DNA of 63,721 nt, filler included, from Barthelona sp. PAP020 (taxonomy: Eukaryota): assembly GCA_040182905.1 (NCBI GenBank). It is 3 parts of 3 records of this genome, joined end to end, with 100 filler letters (N's around TTAATTAATTAA, not from the genome) between each part and the next. Parts side by side here need not be neighbours in the genome. Positions count along the whole stretch, not along the records: positions 43,021 to 63,721 come from JARQWU010000188.1; 2 more parts are not named here. One strand, 5' to 3'. Below are positions 54,660 to 63,721 of the stretch, one piece after another (the stretch's first letter is position 1; each line of letters begins with the position of its first letter). The position numbers and the translations under genes were made by a program. Under the pieces are notes generated by a model. It ran no database searches. It saw only the letters and a program-made list of their open reading frames with translations, and was not told where the DNA came from.

Positions 54660-55011
54660 TCAGTGTTTTTCTTTTGTTTTTTGTAAAATTGAAACCCTTT
54701 TTTTGTTTTTGTTATCTCAACTGTGTAAGATTCGGTAAAAGTCAAAAATTTTGTTTTTAGAATGGTGAATTGATGCATTTCCCAAAGTAGAAGGTGAAGG
54801 ACCAAATGATTCAGTTTTGGAAAAGGCAATTATATGACATGAACTTTTCTCTTTCTTCTTTTGTGTAAAAAAACGAAGACTTTGGAAATAGGCCCTCAAA
54901 AAAACAAAAGAAAAATAATTTATTCATTTACATGGTCATAAACAGTTCTGATTGTTTCACTTCCGTTTAAATTAGATTAGATTTGTCAAATTTTAAACAA
55001 AAAGTTATTTT

Positions 55012-57162
55012 TCAGCAATTCAAGATTTTCTTTGAAGGAGATTCATGAGGAGAATCAATAAACAATGATTTGCTACTATTTTGTGAAAAATAATCAAATA
55101 AACTGTCAAAACTATGATCAAAATCTTTCTCAATCTTGGAATTCAAATGTGAAATGCATAATATAAAAGAGATAACATTTTTAATTGCATTGTTGCTTTC
55201 AGGAACAACAATATCTACTGAACGATCTTTAAAAAATGCTGAAAAACCAAAATGGGATATTCTTTGGGAAGGGGATAAAACGTTAAATGTTTGAGATTTT
55301 CCACTCAAAGTCAATTTGGTAATGGAATCTATCTTAACTGAAGAACATTTATTTGGAGTAATTAAATCATTTTTAGACCAACATAACCTTTCTAAAGAAA
55401 AATCAATCCAAATAAAACGTTGTACAAGTTTTTTATTGTTAAAATTCACTTTAGTACATTTTATTCCTTTACTGGCGAGCAAAAAAGCCTCTAACAATTG
55501 CTCATATAATAATCGTTTTGAATGTTCGATTTCAACTTGAGAAATTGCATGTGCTAAAGAGAATCTCATTTCCTCGATACTTTTTTGTTCAGATACAAAT
55601 GATTCTTTGGATTTTGAAATTATTCGCATTTCGTTCAACTCATTTTGTAGTTTCAAGAGAAGATCATCCTTTTCGTTAATAATCAATTTCAAATTTTCCT
55701 TTTCTTTTTCTTCTTTTTCTTCTTCTTGTTCTTGTTGTTCTTCTTCTTCTGACATATCAATGAATGAATCAGCATCTGATTCATAAGGATTGACAACAAA
55801 AGCATCTATTGATTGTTTTGCTTGAATCACAAGATTATATTTGGTCATTAATGACTCGTTGAGATTAACCATTTCATCATAACTCTTCTTTAGCCTTGCA
55901 TAATCAGTATCCTTTTTCATATTCAACTGAATTTGTTTTCCTTCCATTTGATCATATTCTTTTTGCATAATTGAAAGATTTTCCATTGTAGCTTTCAAAT
56001 TATCTGATAAAATGATTAATTCTTCATCTTTTTCCCTAAGATTAACTTTCAATCCATCAATAATTTCTTCCAATTGATATATTTCTTTGTTTAAAGTATT
56101 CAAAGCTTTGTCAAAATGATCATTCTTTTTGCTATTCATTTCGTTAATTAATGCTGTTTTTGCATTTAATTCAATGCTTAATCTATCGAAAGATTTCATC
56201 AACTCTTCATTATCAACTTCCAAAGATGTTATCATTTCATTTTTTATGTTTGTTTCATCAACATTTTTGAATAAAATCTCTTTGTATTCTTGAAGTTTTA
56301 AACGCAAAGAAGCAAGTAAAGATGAATACTCTTGGTCACGCAACAAGTCAATGTCAACTAACTCCTTATTTTTCAAACTTAAAAAATTATTACGTTTTTG
56401 TATATTCAATAATTTAATATTCAAATGTTTCAAATGTTTATCAAATGTTTCAGTCTTTTCTCTCAATTTCTCTTCCAATCGTTCATTAGTTTCTTTGTAG
56501 AAAATTAGGTCTTTTTCAAGACCTTGACTTTTTGATCTTTCATTTTTAATCAATTCATCAAAATAACTCTCTTTCTCTTTTAATTCAAATTTAGTCAACT
56601 TCAATTTTGATAGAAGGTCAGAAATCTCAATTTGATATTTTGATTCAATTTCATTCAGTATTTGAACTTTTTCACTCAATTCAGACTGTAATATATCATT
56701 AACTTCATATAACTCTTGAATTTGCTCATTTTTTTCAATAACTTCTTTAATATCGTTGTCTTCGGAATGTTTATACATCTTATTGTTCATTTCTTCAACA
56801 TAATTAAATTTTTCTAATTCTCCTTCTTTTATTGTTAAAAGTCTATTCAATTCATTATTCTCTTCTATCAATATATTCATTTTTTTTTCTATTTTTTCAC
56901 GAAATTTTTCATCTTCTACTCTTTCTTGTAATAATACAGTAATTATATTTTGTAAAACATCAACATTTTGATCCAAAAACTCAAAATTTTCACTTTCATT
57001 TTCACTATTGATGCTTTCATCTGTTTCTTTATCTTTGTCTTTTCTCATTGTAAGATTACTATTCAATTCAAAAGATTTAACTCGATTTAGATTAGGTAAT
57101 AAAAATTGGCTTATGTCAGAAGATTGAATAATTAACTTCTCTTCATTTTCGTTAAAATTCAT
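55012..57162 (-). CDS. Long coiled-coil protein with C-terminal PH domain (Num1/Mcp5- or PLC-PH-like)
   Basis: Long heptad region, then GIKCTKV...RFIWID...LCWSK...FSAFFKDRSVDIV. Confidence 0.7.
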   Translation of the reverse strand: MNFNENEEKLIIQSSDISQFLLPNLNRVKSFELNSNLTMRKDKDKETDESINSENESENFEFLDQNVDVLQNIITVLLQERVEDEKFREKIEKKMNILIEENNELNRLLTIKEGELEKFNYVEEMNNKMYKHSEDNDIKEVIEKNEQIQELYEVNDILQSELSEKVQILNEIESKYQIEISDLLSKLKLTKFELKEKESYFDELIKNERSKSQGLEKDLIFYKETNERLEEKLREKTETFDKHLKHLNIKLLNIQKRNNFLSLKNKELVDIDLLRDQEYSSLLASLRLKLQEYKEILFKNVDETNIKNEMITSLEVDNEELMKSFDRLSIELNAKTALINEMNSKKNDHFDKALNTLNKEIYQLEEIIDGLKVNLREKDEELIILSDNLKATMENLSIMQKEYDQMEGKQIQLNMKKDTDYARLKKSYDEMVNLNESLMTKYNLVIQAKQSIDAFVVNPYESDADSFIDMSEEEEQQEQEEEKEEKEKENLKLIINEKDDLLLKLQNELNEMRIISKSKESFVSEQKSIEEMRFSLAHAISQVEIEHSKRLLYEQLLEAFLLASKGIKCTKVNFNNKKLVQRFIWIDFSLERLCWSKNDLITPNKCSSVKIDSITKLTLSGKSQTFNVLSPSQRISHFGFSAFFKDRSVDIVVPESNNAIKNVISFILCISHLNSKIEKDFDHSFDSLFDYFSQNSSKSLFIDSPHESPSKKILNC

Positions 57163-57327
57163 TTTTTAATCAACTCTACAAAAATGTGTTCAAATCAATC
57201 GAAGAATTATCAAAAATGAAAAAATTAAATAAAATGATTCATCAAAATCAACATCCTATTTATCTTTTCAATCAAAAAAGCGAAAAAATAATGCCAAAAC
57301 TATTTAAAAAACAAAAAATTTGTCGAT

Positions 57328-58134
57328 TTACACAACAATAAACATTTCATCATCACTTTCATTTTCAGCAATTATTTCTTTAAGTTTTTCCTCTATATCT
57401 TGACCTTGAGCCTCAAATCTCTTTTTGGTTTCCTCAGCAATCTGTATTTCTTTAACTTTGTTTATTCCCTGAACTTTCTTCATTCGGAAAAATTCTTCCA
57501 TGGCTATTTCTTCTAATCTTTGTTTAACAAATGTTATTGTTGCTTCATATCTTGGAATAATAACATACTCCAAAGCATTCACACGACGATTAGTTTTCTT
57601 AATTACTTCATCAAGAACTCGATGACTTTGCTCTAAAGAAGCAACTCTCGCACCACATTCAATAATTCTTTGATATTTTTCTCTGCAATTTCTAATAGCA
57701 GCACCTCCTTTAGCTAAACCAATTTGTTCAATTAATTGAGCACCACTTCCTTCTTTATATATTTCATAATACGGTAATTCAACACCAGCAACATTCGTTT
57801 TTACAATTCTAACTTTTGTGAAAGCCTTATTGGTTGTTTGTTCCAAAGTTTGCAAAGTATTTGAACCAGCTTCAAATCGTACTTTCATATATGATTGTAA
57901 ACCTTCTTTAACTACTATATTTAATTCTTCTTGAGCTTCACCAATTTCCCTTTCAATTTTTCGAAATTGAAGGGTTAAAGCATCAGCTTTTTTTTTAAGA
58001 AGTTCATGACCTTTCAAACTGTTAGATTTTTAATGAAATAAAGAAATACCTTTGTGAGCTCCTTGCACACTCTCCTTTAACGTTGTCAAAACCATTTTGG
58101 TTGGAACAACACTTTGATCTCTTTCAGCAGACAT
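57328..58134 (-). CDS. ATP6V1D: V-type ATPase subunit D (exons 58134-58050 and 58010-57328)
   Basis: Spliced MSAERDQSVVPTKMVLTTLKESVQGAHKGHELLKKKADAL...NVAGVELP...TNRRVNALEYVIIPR. Confidence 0.95.
58011..58049 (-). other. 39-nt spliceosomal intron of V-ATPase D
   Basis: GTATTT...TCTAACAGTTTGAAAG; contains an in-frame TAA, and removal restores the conserved GAxKGHxLLK. Confidence 0.88.
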
Positions 58135-58244
58135 AAGTTATTGAAAAGAATTAATTATTTCAAAAGAAATCAACGATAAAAAAAAAATTGTTGCAACAGT
58201 TTTCTTAATTCTTTGAAATTTGGGTATATTCAACTTTAAGTTCA

Positions 58245-60212
58245 ATGAAATCACAAAGTTTTCGATTTTCACATACATATGATCAACAAAAACCAATAAG
58301 AAAAGCACCAAAACCAAATTATGATTCTAAATTTATTCCATCTTCTACCAAGTTAATTAGTTGTTCCAAATCACCAAAAATGAAATTATCAACTGAATAT
58401 AATTCTGTTGATGATTTGTTGTATGGAAATGTTGTTCGTTGTCCTCTATGCCATCAATTGGTTGATGAACATATGTCTTTACCTTCTAATGCCGTTTTAT
58501 TAGAAATAAGGGATTGTTTGATGCAACAAATTGCCTTGCAAAATGAAATTCTAAAGTCTCGAAGAAAAATTATCGATAAGAAAGATGTTCGTACACGAGA
58601 AAAGGCCATTGACACTTCTGATGATGTTAGAAAAAAGACACGTGATGCCTTTATTCAAGTAGATGAAAGGTCTTTTTCAAGTAGCAGCAAACCTATTGAT
58701 ATTCAGGTTCATTCACCTTCATCTTCAGTCAAAAATATTTCTAAAAATGTTCCTGAAGAGTCTATTGTTTTTTCTACACCAATGATTTCATCAAAGAATC
58801 ATGTTGAAGATGACTGTGATGATTTAAACTCCATGTCAGATGTGTTTCTTACAGCATCACCTGAGTTAAGATCTGTTATGATTCGTTCTCGTAGGCCTTT
58901 GATTGATTCACGCCTTAGAACTGGTCTGGGTGATTCATCCATTCGTTCACCCTTTGTTAACTATTATACTGGATCTCCTGCAAAATCCAGGTATGAGGAT
59001 TTAACGTTTAGCTCTGAGATTGAACAAAATGATCGATTGATTGGTGATCTTCCTTTTTATGAAAATGAAAATGATTCTTCTGACTTAGACGTGGATTTGC
59101 CTGAGTTAAATCCTGAAATGACATATAAAAGGTTTAGGTCCACCCGTTCGTTAGAAACAACAGAGATTTTTGTTGACCCCAATTTGCAGTCTTCCAGTTG
59201 TTCAATTGAAAACACTATATATGAACTTGATTGTCAAATTGATAATGAAATGACTGTACTAGATGCCAACGTTGCTGTTGAAGATGTTTCAAACTGTAAA
59301 AATGAGAGTTTAAATGAGCATCTGAATGATACACATTATGATTCAAATATTAATGAAGAGGAAATTGATTACACTTTTGAAACTAATGATAACGTAAATG
59401 TGGAAGCTAGTGATAAAACGGAATTGAACATTATTCTTGAAAAGGAAGATTCGGAAGAGATTGAATGTGAGATCGGAGACAAAACTTCTGATGAGCAAGA
59501 GAATATCATTTTACTTGAAAAGAACGAAGATCATGAACTTCCTGAACTATTTTCCAGAGAAAAGAATTCAGAAAATCAACAAACTTCATCAAATGATGGT
59601 ATAACATCAGTATTTGAGGATATTCCGATGAATGCTCTTGACGAATCAGATAAAAAAATTTTAATGCAGCATAAACTTATATCCGAAAATGAAATAATAG
59701 AAACAGAAGGGGAACATGATTCAGCGATTGATAATCATGTAAATTTACCACCATCATTAGAACAAACCCCGAATTCAACTGAAATTGATAAAGAACAAGA
59801 GGTAGTTTGTGTTCCTGATATAGCAAACGAAATAAATGATACTACTTCAGCAATAGATGAACAATCTTTAAAATTTATTGGCATAGATGATGTTGAAACA
59901 GTTTCCTCTGTGGAGGAAAATTTGGAAATGGAAGCAGAAATTGATTTTGAAGACCTAGTAAGTGAATCTTTGGGAATATCAAAGAAACAACACCGAAACA
60001 GGCGGTTAATGAGAAAAAGTAGCACTTTAAGAGAACTTTTTTCCATATCAGACGTGGAATTGATACAGATCTTTGATGATGATAGACAACAACAAATAAA
60101 GAATCAAATTTATGATAATGGTGGAATTTCTTTTGCACATTGGGGTGATATTCCTTGTTTGTTTGATGAATATCCTTTTTTAAAACCAGTACCAATCCAT
60201 GATTTGGTTTGA
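58245..60212 (+). CDS. Hypothetical acidic protein (N-terminal CPLC..LPSN motif)
   Basis: 655-aa ORF, mostly low-complexity. Confidence 0.7.
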   Translation: MKSQSFRFSHTYDQQKPIRKAPKPNYDSKFIPSSTKLISCSKSPKMKLSTEYNSVDDLLYGNVVRCPLCHQLVDEHMSLPSNAVLLEIRDCLMQQIALQNEILKSRRKIIDKKDVRTREKAIDTSDDVRKKTRDAFIQVDERSFSSSSKPIDIQVHSPSSSVKNISKNVPEESIVFSTPMISSKNHVEDDCDDLNSMSDVFLTASPELRSVMIRSRRPLIDSRLRTGLGDSSIRSPFVNYYTGSPAKSRYEDLTFSSEIEQNDRLIGDLPFYENENDSSDLDVDLPELNPEMTYKRFRSTRSLETTEIFVDPNLQSSSCSIENTIYELDCQIDNEMTVLDANVAVEDVSNCKNESLNEHLNDTHYDSNINEEEIDYTFETNDNVNVEASDKTELNIILEKEDSEEIECEIGDKTSDEQENIILLEKNEDHELPELFSREKNSENQQTSSNDGITSVFEDIPMNALDESDKKILMQHKLISENEIIETEGEHDSAIDNHVNLPPSLEQTPNSTEIDKEQEVVCVPDIANEINDTTSAIDEQSLKFIGIDDVETVSSVEENLEMEAEIDFEDLVSESLGISKKQHRNRRLMRKSSTLRELFSISDVELIQIFDDDRQQQIKNQIYDNGGISFAHWGDIPCLFDEYPFLKPVPIHDLV

Positions 60213-60384
60213 TTTTTTTTTTTGAGATTTGGGTTTTTTTTATTCAAATCACCGTTTTGTAAAGTTAGAACTTTTTTTTAAATAAAATAATAATTTAAAG
60301 GATTTTGAACTATTCATTTCAAGAGAAGAAGATGTTGCAGTATTTTTTTTAATAGAATAACTTAATTTTCTTTTTTTGTGGAAC

Positions 60385-63264
60385 ATGAGCAGTCACTCTT
60401 CGTCCTCCTCCGAAAGCGAAAGTGATTATAATTCTGAGAATGATCATTCTAATAGCAGTTCAAGTCTTACAGATGATGATCTTTTTGAATATGAAGTTGA
60501 TTTTGACAGTTTTGACCCAAAGTTTTTTCCTTTTTATTCTGATTTAATTTCTAAATGGAATATTCATTCAATTAATTTTAACAAAAATATTAAAAAGAAA
60601 GCAGGAACCCCAAGAGGCAATTATTTATGTACTCAAATATATAAACGTCTTATTGATGAAAATAATTATGATATTCTAATAGATTTATTGGAAAAAGGTA
60701 TGCCTTGTCAAGGAATTTTCAAATATTTGATTGATAAGAAAGTGGATAAAGTTTTTATCAAAAAATTTCTTCAATTTGAGTTCAATTGTTCCCAATCAAT
60801 TGACATATGCTTATTTGATCAAAAAGTATGGACATGTGGTTTTATAAACTATCAAGGTTGTGAGTATTTGGTAATTTTTTCCTATATTGTTGATGAAATT
60901 GAAAAAACAAATGATTTTTCCATTTTTTTATATCGAGTTGACGATCTCACCCTTTGTTCCAAGTCCAAACTTGATATTAGACCTTTGAAAATGGAATATT
61001 CTGAGGTGTATTGCAGAGACAATTATATCTTTCTTATTGATAGTAAAATTTACGTGTTGAGGATTGACGATATTGCCCAAGGACTTTTTACAGAAATCAG
61101 TGCTTTAGATTACTCCTTGTTCTCAGGATATTATAGTACGAATTTTTGTTTTAATAAGAGTTGTACAAGGTTTTTGTTTTGCGACAGTAAACCGCAAGTT
61201 CAGATTTTTGAACCTTCATCAGATTTTTCAACGTTGAGAAAAATTAAAACTATTGATGATGTTGGTTACTTATGTTCCAGTGTTAGTTCATCGACGAATA
61301 GTGATGAGTATTATTTTGTTGTGGACACTGATTTGCAATTGTATGATGCTAATTTTGAGCTCTCAGATCGTACAACTCTGTCAGAATCCATAGAATGTGA
61401 GAATGTTTCTTTCAATAATGACAAGGTCTATTATTTGGATTCGCAAGAAAAGTCATTAATTGTGAAACAAGCTTCATTTGGGAAAATTCATCATCTCATT
61501 GCAATAGATCTCGATTCTAATCTTTTTAAAACTTATACTTCATTGAAACTTTTTGTTCATGAAAATACATATTTTATCTTGAAGAACAAACAGATTTTAT
61601 ATTTGATAGATACGTCCATTGAAGGAAATATTATTTGTTTGGGAATTCTTAAAGTTTCCATGGATAAAATGATATTTTCTTCAAATAATTTGGTTGCTTT
61701 ATTTTCAGAAAATGAATTGTGTTCTTTGATAGATATTGATTCATATTTATGTTCAACACCCTTTTTAATCAAATATTTAAAAAATAAAAGTGACAAAGAG
61801 TTTGATTTAACAAGGTTAATTTTACCTTTTGAAATCAGAAAGCATTTTAATATGGTTCCAAATGATTTGAGTAAATTAACAATTGATAATGCTCTAAGAA
61901 ACTCGGATTTAGCAGAATTGAAGGATTTTGCTAAACAGATTGTTGAATCAAATGATGTTGATAATTCAACAAATATATTATTACATGAATTTTTTACAAA
62001 AAAATTCTCATTTGACGATGTACAAGATGGTGCAAGAATTCAAGATGTTTCTTTTATACCAAACACAACTCAAATAATGCTTGCATTCGATTTTTTTGGA
62101 CAAGATAGGTTTATAATATATGATTATAAACATGATAGTGTGGTTTTTGAAAGAAAATTTATTTGTAGCAACGATATCGGATTTGTTGGTTTTGAAATCT
62201 CCCAAAATGGAGATTATTTTGCTTTAGGTATTGGAGTTAGACTTGAAATTTATTCAATAACCGATTTTGAACATAAAATAGCAGAGTTGAATTTAAATGC
62301 TGAAATTGAAGACTTTATGTTCCACAAAGAAAATAATCATCAATTATTTATTTGTTTCGGAAGTTGTTTAAAGTTATTTGATTTGAAAGAGAATAAATCT
62401 GTCGATCTAATTTTTAATGTTAATGAGGATGAAGATGAAGATGAAGAAATAATCGTGGATGTTGTTCATTTAAAAGCTGGAAAGACTATAATTGGAACAA
62501 TAAATGGTAGAATTGGTGTTATTGATGTAAAAACAGACCTTTTAGATGTGTTCAATGTGAATAATATAAGTGATATTCTTGAAATAACGTATTTAGAAGC
62601 AAATATTGGGTTACCCTGTGATGAAGTGTATGCTATAAGTCCTAGCGATAGTGGTGAACTATTACTTGTTGCTTATGATAATTTCATAATTTTGTGGGAC
62701 TTAATTACTTATGAAATTTTGGAAGTTTTTCCGTTTGAAGGATCTGAATCCCCATTGTTTTTCAATAATGATGAAAAATTTATCATACCATTCGATGATA
62801 AGTTTCATGTTGTTGACACACAGACTCGTATCATTCAAAATATTTTCAGTTATCCAGATGGCGGAAATTTGTTTGTTCAACGTGATTTTTCAAAGAAAGA
62901 TAAAAGTCTATGCATTTTAGGGTATTCCGTTAAATCAGATTGTTTTTTAAAATTTATTGATCCAATGCCTGAAGTTTTTTATTTTTACACTCAATTTTTG
63001 TATGTACAAGAAAATTTCAAAATTTTTCTGGAAAACATTCATGAATTCAAAGGAATACTTCTTCCATTTCTCAAATATTTTAGACGGGTGGATTTATTGA
63101 GGACCATCATTTCTAGTGGTTACATCATGTCAAAAGAGGAATTTGAGATCATCATTGACGCATGTTGGGATTTAGTTGACACTAACGAAAGCAGTGGTGG
63201 TAACATGTATCAATTTGTAGAAGACGAAAACAATATTTCTAGCGGTGATGAAGATGATTACTAG
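60385..63264 (+). CDS. Large divergent WD40/beta-propeller-like protein
   Basis: ~960-aa ORF with propeller-like segments (EISQNGDYFALG, AISPSDSGELLLVAYDNFIILWDL) and acidic termini. Confidence 0.7.
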   Translation: MSSHSSSSSESESDYNSENDHSNSSSSLTDDDLFEYEVDFDSFDPKFFPFYSDLISKWNIHSINFNKNIKKKAGTPRGNYLCTQIYKRLIDENNYDILIDLLEKGMPCQGIFKYLIDKKVDKVFIKKFLQFEFNCSQSIDICLFDQKVWTCGFINYQGCEYLVIFSYIVDEIEKTNDFSIFLYRVDDLTLCSKSKLDIRPLKMEYSEVYCRDNYIFLIDSKIYVLRIDDIAQGLFTEISALDYSLFSGYYSTNFCFNKSCTRFLFCDSKPQVQIFEPSSDFSTLRKIKTIDDVGYLCSSVSSSTNSDEYYFVVDTDLQLYDANFELSDRTTLSESIECENVSFNNDKVYYLDSQEKSLIVKQASFGKIHHLIAIDLDSNLFKTYTSLKLFVHENTYFILKNKQILYLIDTSIEGNIICLGILKVSMDKMIFSSNNLVALFSENELCSLIDIDSYLCSTPFLIKYLKNKSDKEFDLTRLILPFEIRKHFNMVPNDLSKLTIDNALRNSDLAELKDFAKQIVESNDVDNSTNILLHEFFTKKFSFDDVQDGARIQDVSFIPNTTQIMLAFDFFGQDRFIIYDYKHDSVVFERKFICSNDIGFVGFEISQNGDYFALGIGVRLEIYSITDFEHKIAELNLNAEIEDFMFHKENNHQLFICFGSCLKLFDLKENKSVDLIFNVNEDEDEDEEIIVDVVHLKAGKTIIGTINGRIGVIDVKTDLLDVFNVNNISDILEITYLEANIGLPCDEVYAISPSDSGELLLVAYDNFIILWDLITYEILEVFPFEGSESPLFFNNDEKFIIPFDDKFHVVDTQTRIIQNIFSYPDGGNLFVQRDFSKKDKSLCILGYSVKSDCFLKFIDPMPEVFYFYTQFLYVQENFKIFLENIHEFKGILLPFLKYFRRVDLLRTIISSGYIMSKEEFEIIIDACWDLVDTNESSGGNMYQFVEDENNISSGDEDDY

Positions 63265-63360
63265 ATGTATTGAGGAAAAAAAAAATATATGCAGTGAGAT
63301 GATGTGCTTTATAAATGTTTGTTTATTTTTTGTCTTTCATCTTTCAGAAAGCTCATTTAG

Positions 63361-63721
63361 CTATTCCTTTGTGTAAACAGTTAAAATGCAATTACCGATA
63401 GCTTGCAGAATCATTTCGACTTTATCTTTTTTCAAACATGAGATGAGAACAGGATTAGAAATGATTTCAATGAAGTCCGAAAGATCTTCCTTCTCCAAAC
63501 GATTAGATTGAATATTAGTGAGAATAAGAATAACCTCTGGCAAGACCTTTTGAAGGATTCTCTTCAACTCATCCTCTTCATCAAAAGTCTTCTTTGCTAA
63601 ATATTCTTCGGGTATCAGGTACAATCCTCCTTCGAAATTCAGCAAATCAACAATTGCAGCAACAACATCGTTTTGCAGGTTAGATGAAATAATGATGTTA
63701 TTCTGTTGATTGTATGAATTA
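63361..63721 (-). CDS. C-terminus of a gene running off the window; Nup107/Nup84-like
   Basis: Frame is open to the window edge. IVDLLNFEGG..L...LKRILQKVLPEVILIL...LISCLKKDKVEMILQAI resembles the Nup107 C-terminal helices. Confidence 0.45.
   Translation of the reverse strand, partial: NSYNQQNNIIISSNLQNDVVAAIVDLLNFEGGLYLIPEEYLAKKTFDEEDELKRILQKVLPEVILILTNIQSNRLEKEDLSDFIEIISNPVLISCLKKDKVEMILQAIGNCILTVYTKE

Noticed and set aside
54720..54840. Intron-like GT...TTTTAG followed by a short coding-like stretch after the CTL gene
   Set aside because: No TCTAAC branch motif, and it lies beyond the CTL stop codon.

Overview
This window is AT-rich, gene-dense eukaryotic nuclear DNA in the standard genetic code (TAA, TAG and TGA all end conserved genes). 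It holds about 40 protein-coding genes with very short intergenic spaces. Only three introns are well supported, all 38-41 nt GT-AG introns near gene 5' ends with a TCTAAC branch motif. The gene content suggests a flagellated protist (CEP78, IFT22, CFAP97-domain) that may be anaerobic, given the bacterial-type citrate lyase alpha subunit, prokaryote-type aconitase without a presequence, and nitroreductase. A free-living metamonad-like organism is a plausible inference, but the sequence does not prove it. Housekeeping genes include eL22, Cdc20, elongin C, CWC22, PKA-R, MLH1, NAPRT, AK6, SF3B2, PRP43, ESF1, ZNF207, a CTL transporter and V-ATPase D. Two scaffold gaps carry an artificial TTAATTAATTAA spacer. 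The most notable observations are: a ~190-nt structured ncRNA candidate at 23238-23430; prokaryote-type citrate metabolism genes; a ~12-TM protein shaped like an adenylyl cyclase but lacking catalytic residues; Cdc20 with a degenerate C-box and IR tail; MLH1 ending FERT instead of FERC; and an AOAH homologue. All family assignments come from motif recognition by eye, not database searches.
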